Shown here piece after piece: positions 46,570 to 57,915 of a DNA stretch of 64,000 bases. The notes below the pieces were generated by a model. It saw only the letters and a list, made by a program, of their open reading frames with translations, did no database searches and was not told the DNA's origin. How positions within the stretch are numbered: the first letter of the stretch is position 1; the number at the start of each line of letters is the position of its first letter. This stretch comes from Planctomycetota bacterium (GTDB lineage: Bacteria > Planctomycetota > PLA2 > JAEUHO01). The stretch is taken from the NCBI GenBank assembly GCA_050248855.1, contig JBFWRP010000012.1, positions 61,156 through 125,155 on the forward strand. The letters are read 5' to 3'. A program made the translations under genes and the position numbers.

Positions 46570-47595
46570 GTCAAGCTCCAACGGATCCGTGCCCAGGACG
46601 GCGTGCATCTCGCGCCGCAGCGCCTTGACGCGCGTCTCCTGGAGCGCGATCAGCGCTTCGGCGTCGTAGCGTCGGCGGAGATCGGCGAAGCGCTCGTCGG
46701 GATGCACGCGCGTCGTGCCCTTCATGCACGCGTCGGCCACGGCCGCGCAGCGCTCCTCCCACGTCATCACGTCGGGGTCGATCCAGGTTGCCACCTCGTC
46801 GACCTGGGACGGCGACACGCCGGCCGCCACGAGGGCCTCGGGCGAGGCTCCCTTCGTGAAGTGGGTCCAGCAGGCCGGGGCGTAGGGGGCGAGGTGCGTG
46901 AGCCGGAGGTGGCGCACGCCGGCCCGGGGGTGGTCGTCGTGCTGGCCGCGGGCGCGACCGATGTCGTGGAGCAGCGTGGACACGGCGGCGGCCTCCGGGT
47001 CCACGACCGCCCCGGCTTCCCGCAAGGCCTCGGCCAATGTCCGCGCGATGGCGGCGCCGCCGACCAGGTGCCGCTCCAGGTGGTCGGTCAGCTCGGGCTG
47101 GGCCTTCAGATGGGCCAGGGCCTCCGCTTCGGTCGCGCCAGCTTCGTCGACGAGCGCGCGATCGCGGATCCACAGCGCCACCTCGCGCAGGACGCTGCGC
47201 AGCGTGACGAAGCGAAGCGCGCGGCAGGCGTCGCTCCACCGTAGCCAGGCACACGATGCGTGCTCGTTCGACAGCACGACGTTGCCGCTGCGCCAACGGG
47301 CCAGTCCGTAGGCCACCGTCTTCTCGTACGTGACGCCCTTGCGGGTCGCGGTGTAGTGGAGATCACGGCGGAACGTGGGGGCCACGTCGAAGTCGGTGAG
47401 GCCGGTCTCCTCCTCGGTCTCCCGGCGCGCCGTGGTGACCAAGTCTTCGCCGGGCTCGGCGTGGCCCTTGGGGAAGCCGGCCTCCCCCCGCTCCGCGTTC
47501 ACGAGCAGCAGGTATTCCGCGTGGCCCGTCTCCGCGTGACCCGCGGGACGCCAGAGCACGTAGCCCGCTGCCATGCGCCGGGGGGAGTCGCCCAT
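46555..47595 (-). CDS. NUDIX (Ap4A hydrolase-like) + HD-domain fusion
   Basis: FPKGHAEPGE..TARRETEEETG and LSNEH; then H..GG...LLHDIGR...H...G and VAD. Confidence 0.88.
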   Translation of the reverse strand: MGDSPRRMAAGYVLWRPAGHAETGHAEYLLLVNAERGEAGFPKGHAEPGEDLVTTARRETEEETGLTDFDVAPTFRRDLHYTATRKGVTYEKTVAYGLARWRSGNVVLSNEHASCAWLRWSDACRALRFVTLRSVLREVALWIRDRALVDEAGATEAEALAHLKAQPELTDHLERHLVGGAAIARTLAEALREAGAVVDPEAAAVSTLLHDIGRARGQHDDHPRAGVRHLRLTHLAPYAPACWTHFTKGASPEALVAAGVSPSQVDEVATWIDPDVMTWEERCAAVADACMKGTTRVHPDERFADLRRRYDAEALIALQETRVKALRREMHAVLGTDPLELDYGVG

Positions 47596-47678
47596 CGGCG
47601 CATTCCACCACGACCCCCCGGACATCGGTGGGTTCGCGAGCGCCGGACGTCGGGCCCCCCGCGGTAGGCTGCGCCCCC

Positions 47679-48584
47679 ATGAGTGACGCCTCCGGCCCGT
47701 GTGCCCGCGCCCTGCTCGACCCGCCGGCCTGCACGGAGGGCGAGATCCTCGAGAACCGCCGTGTGGCGCCCTTTACGTGGATCATGAAGGTCCACGCACC
47801 CGAGATCGCCCCGCGCATCCGCGCCGGCCAGTTCGTCAACCTCCAGACGACCACGTCCATCGTGCCGCTGCTCCGGCGGCCGATGTCGGTCCACAAGGTC
47901 GTCCGGCACGCAGGCGCCGCCACCGGCTTCTGCGTGCTCTACGACGTCGTGGGGCCCGGCACCACGGCGCTGTCGCAGATGCGCCCCGGCCAACGGCTCT
48001 CCTACGTGGGCCCGCTCGGCAACACCATCAGCGTGCCCGAGACGGCCAAGCGTGCCGTGCTCGTGGCGGGCGGCATCGGCGCGGGGCCGATCAAGCTCGT
48101 GGCCGAGACGCTGCAGGCCCGCGGCATGCGCGACATCACGATCTGCTACGGCGCCCGCGACGGCGACCACTGCGTGCCCGTCGAGGATCTGGCCCCGCAT
48201 GGCTGCCGCGTGCTCGTGTGCACGGACGACGGCTCGGTCGGCAAGCAGATGCGCGTCACCGGCTACGTCGAGCAGCTGCTCGAGACCAACCGCCTTGCGA
48301 AGGGCGACTACGTGTTCACGTGCGGCCCCCGGCCCATGTTCCGCGCGCTGCGCAACCTGCTCGCCCCGCACGGCATCGAGGCCGAGGCCGCCACGGAGGA
48401 GTTCATGGGCTGCGGCTTCGGCGTGTGCAACGGTTGCCCGTTGCTCCAGATCCAGCCGGACGGTCGCGTCGCCTACAAGCTCTGTTGCCTGGACGGTTGC
48501 CTCTTCCCGCTCTCCACGCTCGTGTTCGAGGGCGATGGGCGCGTCCACGGCGACATCGTGGCCCCGGTGGGGGAGCGGGCGTGA
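47679..48584 (+). CDS. pyrK: Dihydroorotate dehydrogenase electron-transfer subunit
   Basis: GQFV, LLRRPMS, GPLGN, GGIG, TDDGS, CGP..M and MGCGFGVCNGC...C.DG motifs. Confidence 0.88.
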   Translation: MSDASGPCARALLDPPACTEGEILENRRVAPFTWIMKVHAPEIAPRIRAGQFVNLQTTTSIVPLLRRPMSVHKVVRHAGAATGFCVLYDVVGPGTTALSQMRPGQRLSYVGPLGNTISVPETAKRAVLVAGGIGAGPIKLVAETLQARGMRDITICYGARDGDHCVPVEDLAPHGCRVLVCTDDGSVGKQMRVTGYVEQLLETNRLAKGDYVFTCGPRPMFRALRNLLAPHGIEAEAATEEFMGCGFGVCNGCPLLQIQPDGRVAYKLCCLDGCLFPLSTLVFEGDGRVHGDIVAPVGERA

Positions 48585-49129
48585 CGCGCCACAGGCCGAG
48601 CGAGGCCCTCGTCGACCTCGAACGGGTCCTGAAGCGCTTGAAGGCGCGCGAGATCGCCGCCTTCGAGCGCGAGCTGCTCGAGGCCCGACGCGTGTTCGTG
48701 ACGGGCTTGGGCCGGACGGGCCTGATGGCGCGCGGGTTCGCGATGCGGCTCATGCACCTGGGGCGCACGGTGTTCCACGTGGGCGACGTCATCACGCCTG
48801 CCATCGGCAAGGACGACCTGCTCGTCATATGCACGCGCACCGGCCGCTCGAAGGTGCTGGGGCACTACATCGACATCGCGCGCAAGGCCAAGGCGCGCGT
48901 CGCGGTGGTGACGGCGCGTCCCACGGCGCCCGTCGGCCGCCGCGCCGACGTGGTCCTCTCGATCGACGACCGGCCGGCGGCGCGACGCCGCGCCGCGCCG
49001 CTGCTGCCCCTGGGCTCCCTGTTCGAGCAGGCCCTCCTGGTGACCCTGGACCACGTCGTGGTGGACCTGATGGCCGAGCTGGACCTCTCCGAAGAGGACC
49101 TCGCCCGCATCCACACCGGCTTCGAGTAG
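48581..49129 (+). CDS. hxlB: SIS-domain 6-phospho-3-hexuloisomerase-like protein
   Basis: G.GRTGL..RGFAMRLMHLG and PLGSLFEQ motifs. Confidence 0.85.
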   Translation: MTRHRPSEALVDLERVLKRLKAREIAAFERELLEARRVFVTGLGRTGLMARGFAMRLMHLGRTVFHVGDVITPAIGKDDLLVICTRTGRSKVLGHYIDIARKAKARVAVVTARPTAPVGRRADVVLSIDDRPAARRRAAPLLPLGSLFEQALLVTLDHVVVDLMAELDLSEEDLARIHTGFE

Positions 49130-49226
49130 TCCCGATGGACCAAGAGCCCGGCGCACTCCCACCCCGGCTCTTCGCGGCGCGGTCCGGTCCGTAGACTCCG
49201 GCCTCCACCCCCTCCGGAGGCCCAGC

Positions 49227-50405
49227 ATGTCCGACGCCGTCATCGTTTCCGCTTGCCGCACGCCGATCGGTCGCTTCGGGGGCGGCTTGGCCTCGTTCCG
49301 CGCGCCCGATCTGGGCGCCATCGTGGTGCGCGAGGCCCTGCGCCGCGCGGGCGTGGACGGCGCCGACGTGGACGAGGTGATCCTCGGCACCGTGTTGCAG
49401 GCCGGCCTCGGGCAGAACCCGGCCCGCCAGGCGGCGATCGCCGGCGGCGTGCCCGTCGAGAAGCCCTCGTTCACGGTGAACAAGGTCTGCGGCTCGGGGC
49501 TGAAGAGCGTGGTGCTCGCGGCGCAGGCCATCCGCGCGGGCGACGCCGAGATCATCGTGGCCGGCGGGCAGGAGAGCATGAGCAATGCGCCCTACCTGGC
49601 GCCCAAGGTGCGCGACGGGCTGCGCCTGGGCCACGGCCAGCTGCTGGACGCGATGGTCCACGACGGCCTGTGGGACATCTACAACGACTTCCACATGGGC
49701 GAGACGGGCGAGCTGATCGCCGAGCGTTGCGACGTGTCGCGCGCGGAGATGGACGCCCTCGCCGCCACGAGCCACCAGCGGGCGGCGGCCGCGCGGGACG
49801 CGGGCGCCTTCGACGACGAGATCGTTCCCGTCGAGATCAAGGACCGCAAGGGCAACGTGACCGTCGTGCGCCACGACGAAGGCGTGCGCGACGGCACCAC
49901 GGCCGAGGGACTCGGCGCCATGCGCCCGGCGTTCCGCAAGGACGGCAAGGTGACCGCCGCCAACGCCAGCCAGATCAGCGATGGCGCCAGCGCGCTCGTC
50001 GTGATGAGCGCCGCGGCGGCCAAGAAGCGGGGGCTCGAGCCGCTCGCCACGATCACGGGCTACTCCACGGGAGGCACCGAGCCCAAGTGGGTGATGTATG
50101 CGCCCGTGGTGGCCATGGAGAACCTGGTCAAGCGCACGGGGACGGCCACGTCGTCCTACGACCTGGTCGAGGTGAACGAGGCGTTCGCCTCGGCGGCCTG
50201 CGCCGTGACCAAGGAGTCGGGCCTGGACCCCGAGCGCACCAACGTCAACGGCGGCGCCGTGGCGCTGGGCCACCCCATCGGTGCCAGCGGCGCGCGCATC
50301 TTGACCACGCTGCTGTACGCCATGAAGAACCGCGGCGCGACGACGGGCATGGCCACGCTGTGCCTGGGCGGCGGCAACGCCGTTGCGCTGTCGGTCAAGC
50401 GCTGA
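49227..50405 (+). CDS. Acetyl-CoA C-acetyltransferase (thiolase)
   Basis: [19 protein letters not shown] and LCLGGG motifs. Confidence 0.96.
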   Translation: MSDAVIVSACRTPIGRFGGGLASFRAPDLGAIVVREALRRAGVDGADVDEVILGTVLQAGLGQNPARQAAIAGGVPVEKPSFTVNKVCGSGLKSVVLAAQAIRAGDAEIIVAGGQESMSNAPYLAPKVRDGLRLGHGQLLDAMVHDGLWDIYNDFHMGETGELIAERCDVSRAEMDALAATSHQRAAAARDAGAFDDEIVPVEIKDRKGNVTVVRHDEGVRDGTTAEGLGAMRPAFRKDGKVTAANASQISDGASALVVMSAAAAKKRGLEPLATITGYSTGGTEPKWVMYAPVVAMENLVKRTGTATSSYDLVEVNEAFASAACAVTKESGLDPERTNVNGGAVALGHPIGASGARILTTLLYAMKNRGATTGMATLCLGGGNAVALSVKR

Positions 50406-50446
50406 TCGGGAGCCCGTCGATCCCACGTCCAAGGGAGGGAGCCGTC

Positions 50447-51316
50447 ATGAGCCAGTCTGCGACCACGTTCCAGCGCGTCGGCGTCATCGGCGCCGGCCAG
50501 ATGGGCGCCGGCATCGCCCAGGTCTTCGCCGTGGCGGGCACGCCCGTGACGCTGTTCGACAGCAGCGCGGCGGCGGTCACGCGCGGGCGCGACGGCATCG
50601 CCAAGAGCCTCGCGCGCTTCGTGGCCAAGGAGAAGATGACGCAGGCCGACGCCGACGCGGCCGTGGCCCGCGTCACGCCCGTCGACGCGGTCAAGAGCCT
50701 GGCGGACTGCGACCTGGTCGTGGAAGCGATCGTCGAAGACGCAGGCATCAAGAAGGACGTCTTCCGCGCCGTGGATGCCGTGCTCGGCGAGAACGCGATC
50801 CTTGCTTCGAACACGTCGAGCATCTCGATCACCGAGCTTGCCGCGGTCACGAAGCGCCCGGACCGCTTCATCGGCATGCACTTCATGAACCCCGTGCCGC
50901 TGATGCGGTTGGTGGAGGTCATCCGCGGCCTGCAGACGAGTGACGCGACGTTCACGGCGGTGCGCGACGCGGCCGAGGCGGTGGGCAAGGTCCCGGTCGT
51001 GGCCAACGACTTCCCGGGCTTCGTCAGCAACCGCATCCTGATGCCGATGATCAACGAAGCGATCACGTGCGTGATGGAGGGCGTGGCCCAGGCCGAGCAC
51101 ATCGACGAGATCATGAAGCTCGGCATGAACCACCCGATGGGGCCGCTGGCCTTGGCCGACCTGATCGGGCTCGACACGTGCCTCGCGATCATGGAGGTCC
51201 TGCACCGGGACCTGGGCGACGGCAAGTACCGCCCGTCGCCGCTGCTGCGCAAGATGGTCGCCGCCGGCTGGCTGGGTCGGAAGACGGGCCGCGGCTTCTA
51301 CGCCTACGGGATGTAG
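50447..51316 (+). CDS. hbd: 3-hydroxybutyryl-CoA dehydrogenase
   Basis: [23 protein letters not shown] and HPMGPL motifs. Confidence 0.93.
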   Translation: MSQSATTFQRVGVIGAGQMGAGIAQVFAVAGTPVTLFDSSAAAVTRGRDGIAKSLARFVAKEKMTQADADAAVARVTPVDAVKSLADCDLVVEAIVEDAGIKKDVFRAVDAVLGENAILASNTSSISITELAAVTKRPDRFIGMHFMNPVPLMRLVEVIRGLQTSDATFTAVRDAAEAVGKVPVVANDFPGFVSNRILMPMINEAITCVMEGVAQAEHIDEIMKLGMNHPMGPLALADLIGLDTCLAIMEVLHRDLGDGKYRPSPLLRKMVAAGWLGRKTGRGFYAYGM

Positions 51317-51386
51317 GGCGACGGAAGCGGAGGCGGGAGACGCGTACGGCTTTCGCGCGTCACGGGGGGACTTTGCGACTGCGAGC

Positions 51387-52289
51387 CTACTTGGGGGTGA
51401 CCTCCTCGGTGCGCTGCTCCGCCAAGTAGGCGTCGCGGATCAGGCTGCGGGGGATCTTGACGCCTGGGCCCACCTCGTGCGACCCGATCGTCAGCCGTGC
51501 GGCGACCAAGACGGCTGCGACGACGATCCCCGCGGCCGCGAGTGCATCGAGCTTGCCCTTCCAGGCCACGTGGGCCCGTCCCATCAACCAGCCGGTGAGC
51601 GCGCCGATGGCGTGGCCCGAGTTGCTGATCAGGAGGGTCCCGGTCCACGTCAGCACCAAGCAGACCGCGAACCACGCGATCAGGGAGTTGCGGAACTGCG
51701 TCGTGGCGATCACGGCCGCGACGGCATGGTGACGTCGCAGGGCGAACAGGAACGTGGCCAGACCGAAGATGCCTCCCGACAAGCCAACGGTGGTCACAGG
51801 GGCGTTCACCACCCAGGAGGCCGCCGAGCCAGCGGTGCCGGCCGCCAACAGCACGGCCAAGAAGGTTGCCCGCCCCCAGACGGCTTCGATGATCTGGCCG
51901 AGCTGCCAGAGGGCGAGACCGTTCATGGCGATGTGCAGGATCCCGCCGTGCAGGAACATGCTCGTGGCGTGCTTCCACCAAGCGCCGCCCCAGATGCCCT
52001 GGTCTTGGTAGAGGGCCAAGAACCAAGCTGGGAGCTTCGCCGGGTTCCGCCCGTAGACCATGTGCCCCAGCACGAACAAGACCACGCTGACCGCCAAGAC
52101 GGCCATCGTCGCGATGGGCCGCCTGATCTTGAGCGTGGGCCGCATGCGTGCGTGCAGGCGCCTCGCCACCCCCTGTGCGCACTCGGGGCAGCGCAAGTCG
52201 TCGCCCGCCCCGAAGGCGTCGTCGCGCGGGACGGTCGCCCCGCACTCCACGCAGCGGACGGTGCCGGTCGCGTCGGGCTCGTGCTCCAT
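51387..52289 (-). CDS. Rhomboid intramembrane protease with N-terminal Zn ribbon
   Basis: CVEC...CPEC; FLHGGILHIAMN, GLSG and GHAIG motifs. Confidence 0.9.
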   Translation of the reverse strand: MEHEPDATGTVRCVECGATVPRDDAFGAGDDLRCPECAQGVARRLHARMRPTLKIRRPIATMAVLAVSVVLFVLGHMVYGRNPAKLPAWFLALYQDQGIWGGAWWKHATSMFLHGGILHIAMNGLALWQLGQIIEAVWGRATFLAVLLAAGTAGSAASWVVNAPVTTVGLSGGIFGLATFLFALRRHHAVAAVIATTQFRNSLIAWFAVCLVLTWTGTLLISNSGHAIGALTGWLMGRAHVAWKGKLDALAAAGIVVAAVLVAARLTIGSHEVGPGVKIPRSLIRDAYLAEQRTEEVTPK

Positions 52290-52428
52290 CGGCGCATTGA
52301 ACCAGGGGCCGCCACGCGCCGTGCCCGGCGACCGGGACGGCGCCCGCGTCGGGGGGAGGCGGCGTCCGGTGTCACCCGTAAGGTAGGGCGTCCACGGCCC
52401 CCGGGCCGACGCCGGAGACATCGAGCCC

Positions 52429-53571
52429 ATGGACTTCGACCTGACCGAGGACCAGCGCATCCTGCAGGAGGCGGCCCGCGAGTTCGCCGAGAACGAGCTG
52501 GCCCCGCGCGCGGCGGCGTCGGACGCGGCCGAGGACTTCGTCCGGGAGCAGATCGAGCTCTGCAGGGAGATGGGCTTCCTCGGGATGGCCGTCAGCGAGG
52601 CCTACGGCGGCAGCGAGCTCGGTGCGGTCGGCACGAGCCTCGTGCTCATGGAAGTCAACCGCTGCTGCGCCAGCACGGGCGTCACGCTGTCCGTCCACAA
52701 CAGCCTCACGTGCGAGAGCCTCATGCGCTTCGGCACGGACGAGCAGAAGCAGCGCTACCTGCCCAAGCTCGCTACCGGTGAGTGGCTGGGCGCCTACGCC
52801 TTGTCCGAGGCCGGCAGCGGCAGCGACGCGGGCAGCCTGGTCTGCAAGGCCACGAAGGACGGCGAAGACTGGGTGCTCGACGGCACCAAGCTCTGGATCA
52901 GCCACGGCGACCAAGCGGACCTCGTCGTGGTGTTCGCGCGCACCGACGCGGACGCGGGCACCAAGGGCATCACCGCGTTCCTCGTCGAGACCTCGTGGGA
53001 CGGCTACACGCCGGGCAAGAAGGAGAAGAAGATGGGCCTGCGCGGCTCGTCCACGGTCGAGCTGCACCTGGACCACGTGCGCGTGCCCGCCGCCAACGTC
53101 CTCGGCGAGGTCGGCCGCGGTTTCCCCCTGGCGCTGTCGCTGCTCGACACGGGCCGCATCGGCATCGCGAGCCAGGCCGTGGGCATCGCGCAGGCCTGCC
53201 TGGAAGCGTCGATCAAGTACGCGCGCGAGCGCGAGCAGTTCGGCAAGCCCATCGGCGCCTTCGGCGCGATCCAGGAGAAGCTGGCCGACATGGCCACGCG
53301 CGTGGACGCGGCCCGCCTGCTCACGCTGCGCGCCGCCTCGCTCAAGGACCAGGGCAAGCCCCACGGCCGCGAGGCGAGCATGGCCAAGCTGTTCGCCTCG
53401 CGCACGGCGAACGAGGCCGCCAAGGAGGCCGTGCAGATCCACGGCGGTGCGGGCTACACGCGCGACTTCCCCGTGGAGCGCTACTTCCGCGACGCCCGCG
53501 TGACGGAGATCTACGAGGGCACCACCGAGATCCAGCGCCTCGTGATCGCGCGCAGCCTGCTCGCGAGCTGA
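52429..53571 (+). CDS. Acyl-CoA dehydrogenase
   Basis: [29 protein letters not shown] and IYEGT motifs. Confidence 0.96.
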   Translation: MDFDLTEDQRILQEAAREFAENELAPRAAASDAAEDFVREQIELCREMGFLGMAVSEAYGGSELGAVGTSLVLMEVNRCCASTGVTLSVHNSLTCESLMRFGTDEQKQRYLPKLATGEWLGAYALSEAGSGSDAGSLVCKATKDGEDWVLDGTKLWISHGDQADLVVVFARTDADAGTKGITAFLVETSWDGYTPGKKEKKMGLRGSSTVELHLDHVRVPAANVLGEVGRGFPLALSLLDTGRIGIASQAVGIAQACLEASIKYAREREQFGKPIGAFGAIQEKLADMATRVDAARLLTLRAASLKDQGKPHGREASMAKLFASRTANEAAKEAVQIHGGAGYTRDFPVERYFRDARVTEIYEGTTEIQRLVIARSLLAS

Positions 53572-53576
53572 GTCGC

Positions 53577-54536
53577 GTGACCGCCACGTCGGACGAGGTC
53601 CGCGAGCTCGCCGGGCGCTTGGCCGCTCGCGACGGCCGGGCCCTGGCCCGCGCCCTGACGTGGGTGGAGAGCGACGCCCTGCGTGGGCCGGCGCTCGTGG
53701 ACGCCCTCCGCGTGCCGGGCCGTGCCTATCGCGTGGGCATCACGGGTCCGCCGGGCGCGGGCAAGTCCACCTTGGTCGCGGCGCTCGCCGCGGCGTGGCG
53801 GCGAACCGGGGCCCGCGTGGGCGTGCTGGCGGTCGATCCGAGCAGCCCCTTCCACGGCGGCGCCCTCCTCGGCGACCGCATCCGCATGCAGGCGTTGTCC
53901 GGCGACGCGGACGTCTTCATCCGCAGCCTCGCCACGCGCGGCGCGCTCGGGGGCCTCGCGGCCGCCGTCCACGACGCCGCCGACGTGCTGGAGGCCGCGG
54001 CCTTCGACCCGATCCTGATCGAGACGGTCGGCGTGGGGCAAAGCGAGGTCGAGGTCACGCGGGCGGCCGATGTGACGGTCGTCGTGCTCGCCCCCGGGAG
54101 CGGGGACGTGATCCAGGGCATGAAGGCGGGGTTGCTGGAGGCGGCCGACGTGCTGGTCGTCAACCAGGACGATCGCGAGGGCGCCGACGCCCTCGTCCAT
54201 GCCCTGGAGTCGGCGCTCGAGCTGCGCGCGATCCAGCCGCCGCCGGTGCTCAGGACCGTGGCCACGGTCGGGCGCGGCGTGGAGGCCCTGCGCGAGGTCC
54301 TGGTGGCGCGGGGCCCGGGCAGCGCGGCCCCCGAGCTGCTCGCGGAGCGGCGCAGGGCGCGGGCCGCGGCGCGCATCACCGCCGCCGTGGACGCGAGCCG
54401 GGCCCGGGAGTTCTGGCGCGCGGCTGGCGCCCTGCGCGAGGATCTGGCCGGCGAGGTCGTGGCCGGGCGCCTGGGCCTGGCCGAGGCGATCGCCCGCCTG
54501 GTCGCCAGCGACGAGGCCGGCACGGAGGCGCCGTGA
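53577..54536 (+). CDS. meaB: MeaB/ArgK GTPase (cobalamin mutase chaperone)
   Basis: [29 protein letters not shown] and ETVGVGQSE motifs. Confidence 0.93.
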   Translation: MTATSDEVRELAGRLAARDGRALARALTWVESDALRGPALVDALRVPGRAYRVGITGPPGAGKSTLVAALAAAWRRTGARVGVLAVDPSSPFHGGALLGDRIRMQALSGDADVFIRSLATRGALGGLAAAVHDAADVLEAAAFDPILIETVGVGQSEVEVTRAADVTVVVLAPGSGDVIQGMKAGLLEAADVLVVNQDDREGADALVHALESALELRAIQPPPVLRTVATVGRGVEALREVLVARGPGSAAPELLAERRRARAAARITAAVDASRAREFWRAAGALREDLAGEVVAGRLGLAEAIARLVASDEAGTEAP

Positions 54537-54979
54537 ACGAGGAACGTCCCATCCGCGTGCTCGTCGCCAAGGCGGGCTTGGACGGCCACGACCGCGGCGC
54601 CAAGGTCGTGGCGGCCGCCCTACGCGACGCGGGCTGCGAGGTCGTCTACACGGGCCTGCGCCAGACGCCCGAGCAGATCGTGGAAGCGGCGCTGCAGGAA
54701 GACGTCGACGCCGTCGGCCTCTCGCTGCACAGCGGCGCGCACATGACCCTGTTCCCCCGGGTCCTGGAGCTGCTGCGGGCCGCCGGCGCCGGTGACATCC
54801 TGCTGACCGGGGGCGGCATCATTCCCCCCGACGACGCGGCCCGGCTCGCCGCGCTGGGGGTGGGGCGGCTGTTCGGCCCTGGCACCCCCCTGTCCGAGCT
54901 CGTGACCTACGTCCGTGACGAAGTGGCACGTCGACGGGCCGCCGGTCGGGCTTCCCCAGGGTCCCCTCCCACGGGTTGA
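54533..54979 (+). CDS. Cobalamin-binding subunit of acyl-CoA (methylmalonyl-CoA) mutase
   Basis: [27 protein letters not shown] and FGPGT motifs. Confidence 0.93.
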   Translation: MNEERPIRVLVAKAGLDGHDRGAKVVAAALRDAGCEVVYTGLRQTPEQIVEAALQEDVDAVGLSLHSGAHMTLFPRVLELLRAAGAGDILLTGGGIIPPDDAARLAALGVGRLFGPGTPLSELVTYVRDEVARRRAAGRASPGSPPTG

Positions 54980-55075
54980 GGGCGTCGGCGGCAGCGGGTC
55001 CAATGGGCCCACGCCGGGACGCGCGTCGCGGCGAGCCCTTCTCTCGAACGTGACCTCGCCCGTCCGGAGCCCTCG

Positions 55076-56269
55076 ATGACCGCGACCGATGCCGCCGCTG
55101 CCAGTCCCTTCCTGGCCGACGAGCACCTCGAGGTCCGCCGCATGGTGCGCGACTTCGCCCTCGAGGAAGTCGCGCCCCACGCGACCGCGCTGGACGAGGA
55201 GAAGCGCTTCCCCCACGAGGTCGTGCCCAAGCTGGCCGATCTCGGCTTGCTGGGCGTCCCGTGGCCCGAGGAAGTCGGTGGCGCGGGGATGGACTACCTC
55301 GCCTACGCCATCGTCATCGAGGAACTGTCGCGCGTCTGCGGCACCACGGGCATCACGGTCGCCGCGCACACGTCGCTGGGCACCGGCCCGATCTACCACT
55401 TCGGCACGCGCGAGCAGCGCCAGCGCTGGGTCCCGCCGCTGGCCACGGGCCAGCACCTGGGCGCCTTCGCCTTGACGGAGCCCGGCGCGGGCAGCGACGC
55501 CAAGGCCACGCGCGTCACGGCGCGCCGTGACGGCGACTCCTGGGTCGTCGACGGCACCAAGATCTACTGCACCAACGGCACGCATGCCGGGACGATCGTG
55601 TTCACGGCGCGGACCGGCGGCGAGGTCGGCGACACCAGCCAGATCAGCGCTTTCGTCGTGGAGAAGGGCACGCCTGGCCTCGGCTATGGCGTGCTCGAGG
55701 ACAAGCTCGGCCTACGCGGGTCGGACACGCGCGAGATCGTGTTCGACGGCTGCCGCATCCCGCTCGGCAACAAGCTGGGCGAGGAAGGGGCCGGCTTCAA
55801 GCAGTTCATGAACACGCTGGAGGCGGGTCGCATCTCGATCGGCGCCATGGCGCTCGGCTTGGCCCAAGGTGCCTTGGACACGGCGCTTGCCTACGCCCGC
55901 GAGCGCCGCCAGTTCGGCAGGCGCCTGATCGACATGCAGCCCATCGCCCACAAGCTGGCCAACATGGCGATGGAAGTGCACAACGCGCGCAACCTCGTCT
56001 ACGAGTCGGCCTGGCGCAAGGACCGCGGCATGGCGTTCGCCACCGTGGGCTCGGCGGCCAAGCTGTACGCGTCCGAAGTCGCCATGCGCACGGCGCACGA
56101 CGCCATCCAGATCCTGGGAGGCGTCGGCTACACGCGCGAGTACCCGGCCGAACGCATCCTGCGCGATGCCAAGCTGTGCGAGATCGGCGAGGGCACGAGC
56201 GAGATCCAGCGGCTGATCCTGGCGCGCCACCTCGATCGCGTCGGTGACGACCTCACGCTCGGCTCGTGA
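55076..56269 (+). CDS. Acyl-CoA dehydrogenase
   Basis: [26 protein letters not shown] and IGEGT motifs. Confidence 0.95.
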   Translation: MTATDAAAASPFLADEHLEVRRMVRDFALEEVAPHATALDEEKRFPHEVVPKLADLGLLGVPWPEEVGGAGMDYLAYAIVIEELSRVCGTTGITVAAHTSLGTGPIYHFGTREQRQRWVPPLATGQHLGAFALTEPGAGSDAKATRVTARRDGDSWVVDGTKIYCTNGTHAGTIVFTARTGGEVGDTSQISAFVVEKGTPGLGYGVLEDKLGLRGSDTREIVFDGCRIPLGNKLGEEGAGFKQFMNTLEAGRISIGAMALGLAQGALDTALAYARERRQFGRRLIDMQPIAHKLANMAMEVHNARNLVYESAWRKDRGMAFATVGSAAKLYASEVAMRTAHDAIQILGGVGYTREYPAERILRDAKLCEIGEGTSEIQRLILARHLDRVGDDLTLGS

Positions 56270-57246
56270 GCGCCGCGCTGCTGGGCCTGCCGCTCCCGGC
56301 CTGGGGACTGGTCGCGCTCCTGGTCGTCGCGCTGGCGATCGTTGCCCGCGCCGAGCGTCGGCTGCGCCACCGCATCGCACGGCTCGTGCGTCGCGTGGAG
56401 GAGGGGGAGGAGGCCCTCGAGCGGATCGAGGACGCCCTGGTGGCGCGTCGTCGGGAAGGCCGGGAGATCGCGTCGGGACGCCTCCTGGCCGCGGTGCGGA
56501 CGGCACGGGACCCGCGCCCCGAAGGCGCCCGCGACGTGCTGGGGCGCGATGTGTTCGCGTGGCGTGTGCTGGGCGAGGCCAGCGCCGGCGCCTATGGCGA
56601 AGCCGGCGCGGGCGACGGCGAGGGGGACGCGCCCACGGCGCTCTTCGAGGCCCTCGGCTGGCGCGGCGTGCTCATCGAGGCCGACCCGGAGAAGGCCGCC
56701 CGCGCACGCGCGGCGCGGCCGGCCAGCCAGGTGCTGGCCCGGGCCCTGGTGGGGCCCGGATCCCCGCCTCGCGTCACGTTCCACCGCGTCGAGGGAGGCC
56801 GCATCGAGCCGGGGCTGGGGCCCGTGGACGGTCTCGCGTTCGTGGCACCGAGCGCGACCGCGCTCGGGCCCGTGATCGCAGCCGGAGCGCGCACGCGGGC
56901 CATGGAGGTCGACGCGTCGACGCTGGAGCAGGCGCTGGCGGACGCTCGCGTGATCGGGCGTCTCGACCTGCTGCTCGTGGACTTCCTGCCGGGGGCTGCC
57001 GCGGCCCTGGAAGGGCTCGGCGACGCGCCGCTACCGCGCCTGGTGCTGGTGGCCGGAGCCGGGGAGGAGCCGCGGGACGACCTGGACGAGCCCGACGAGC
57101 GCCAGCTGGTACGCGAAGTCGCCGATCGCCTTGGCTTCACGACGGCCGGCCGCTACGCGGATCACCTGGTGCTGGTCGCGCCTGATGCCTCGGATGTGCT
57201 GGAGCGGGTGCGGATGTCCATACCCCCTACCGCGGCAGCTCGATGA
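56266..57246 (+). CDS. Membrane-anchored FkbM-like methyltransferase (degenerate)
   Basis: N-terminal [23 protein letters not shown] and LDLLLVD motifs. Confidence 0.65.
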   Translation: MSAALLGLPLPAWGLVALLVVALAIVARAERRLRHRIARLVRRVEEGEEALERIEDALVARRREGREIASGRLLAAVRTARDPRPEGARDVLGRDVFAWRVLGEASAGAYGEAGAGDGEGDAPTALFEALGWRGVLIEADPEKAARARAARPASQVLARALVGPGSPPRVTFHRVEGGRIEPGLGPVDGLAFVAPSATALGPVIAAGARTRAMEVDASTLEQALADARVIGRLDLLLVDFLPGAAAALEGLGDAPLPRLVLVAGAGEEPRDDLDEPDERQLVREVADRLGFTTAGRYADHLVLVAPDASDVLERVRMSIPPTAAAR

Positions 57247-57739
57247 TGCGGTGGGGGACTTCCTCTTCGTCGAGGACGTCCTTCAGCTCTTCCCAGGTGG
57301 TGGCTTCGGTACCGAGGAAGTCGCTGGCCGCGTCGCCGCACACGATCAGCTCGGGGCTCTGGAAGGAGTGGGCCAGCTCGAGCGCTTCGCGCCCGATGAT
57401 CTGGCGCGCGCGCGGGTCGTTCACGAAGTCGTCGTAGTCGTCAGGGCGGCAGAGCACGACGAATCGCGGGAACAGGAGGAAGTGACCGAGGCGGAGCGGG
57501 ATGCGCACGCAGACGAGCTCGCGGTTGGCCTTGATCTCCTCGCCCAGGTCCTCGGCGCTGATGTCTTCGGGCACCATGCGCGGTGTCGACTCGCCATCGA
57601 CGTTCATGACCTCGACCTCGAGGTTGGGCGACTCGGGCGGATCGATGTTCTGGAAGCCCTTCACCTGCAGTTGCTGCAAGAGAACACGGGCCGCTCCGCC
57701 GAGGGTGCGCGTGGTCGGGATGAGGATCTCGATCGCCAT
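57227..57739 (-). CDS. Hypothetical protein
   Basis: 170-aa ORF with normal globular composition (MAIEILIPT...). Confidence 0.7.
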   Translation of the reverse strand: MAIEILIPTTRTLGGAARVLLQQLQVKGFQNIDPPESPNLEVEVMNVDGESTPRMVPEDISAEDLGEEIKANRELVCVRIPLRLGHFLLFPRFVVLCRPDDYDDFVNDPRARQIIGREALELAHSFQSPELIVCGDAASDFLGTEATTWEELKDVLDEEEVPHRIIELPR

Positions 57740-57812
57740 GGGGGCGCATGGTGCCCGGTCCGGCCCCGCGCTACCCCAAATGCCCCAGCGGGGGAGTACG
57801 GAGCCAGGGGAG

Positions 57813-57909
57813 TACGGAGCCAGAGCAATTCCTATCACCCAGTGTCGAGGGGATCCTGCGACCACGGTGGCCCCTCGCACTGGGTGATAAGAATTGCTCT
57901 GGCTCCGTA
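57813..57909. repeat. 97-bp palindromic element preceded by a 16-bp duplication of its left end
   Basis: TACGGAGCCAGAGCAATTC...GAATTGCTCTGGCTCCGTA; GGGGAGTACGGAGCCA tandem at 57791-57822. Confidence 0.85.
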
Positions 57910-57915
57910 GGGCGG

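Noticed and set aside
49227..56269. Thiolase-hbd-acyl-CoA dehydrogenase-MeaB-B12 subunit cluster lacking the mutase large subunit
   Set aside because: Common arrangement; the large subunit is often encoded elsewhere
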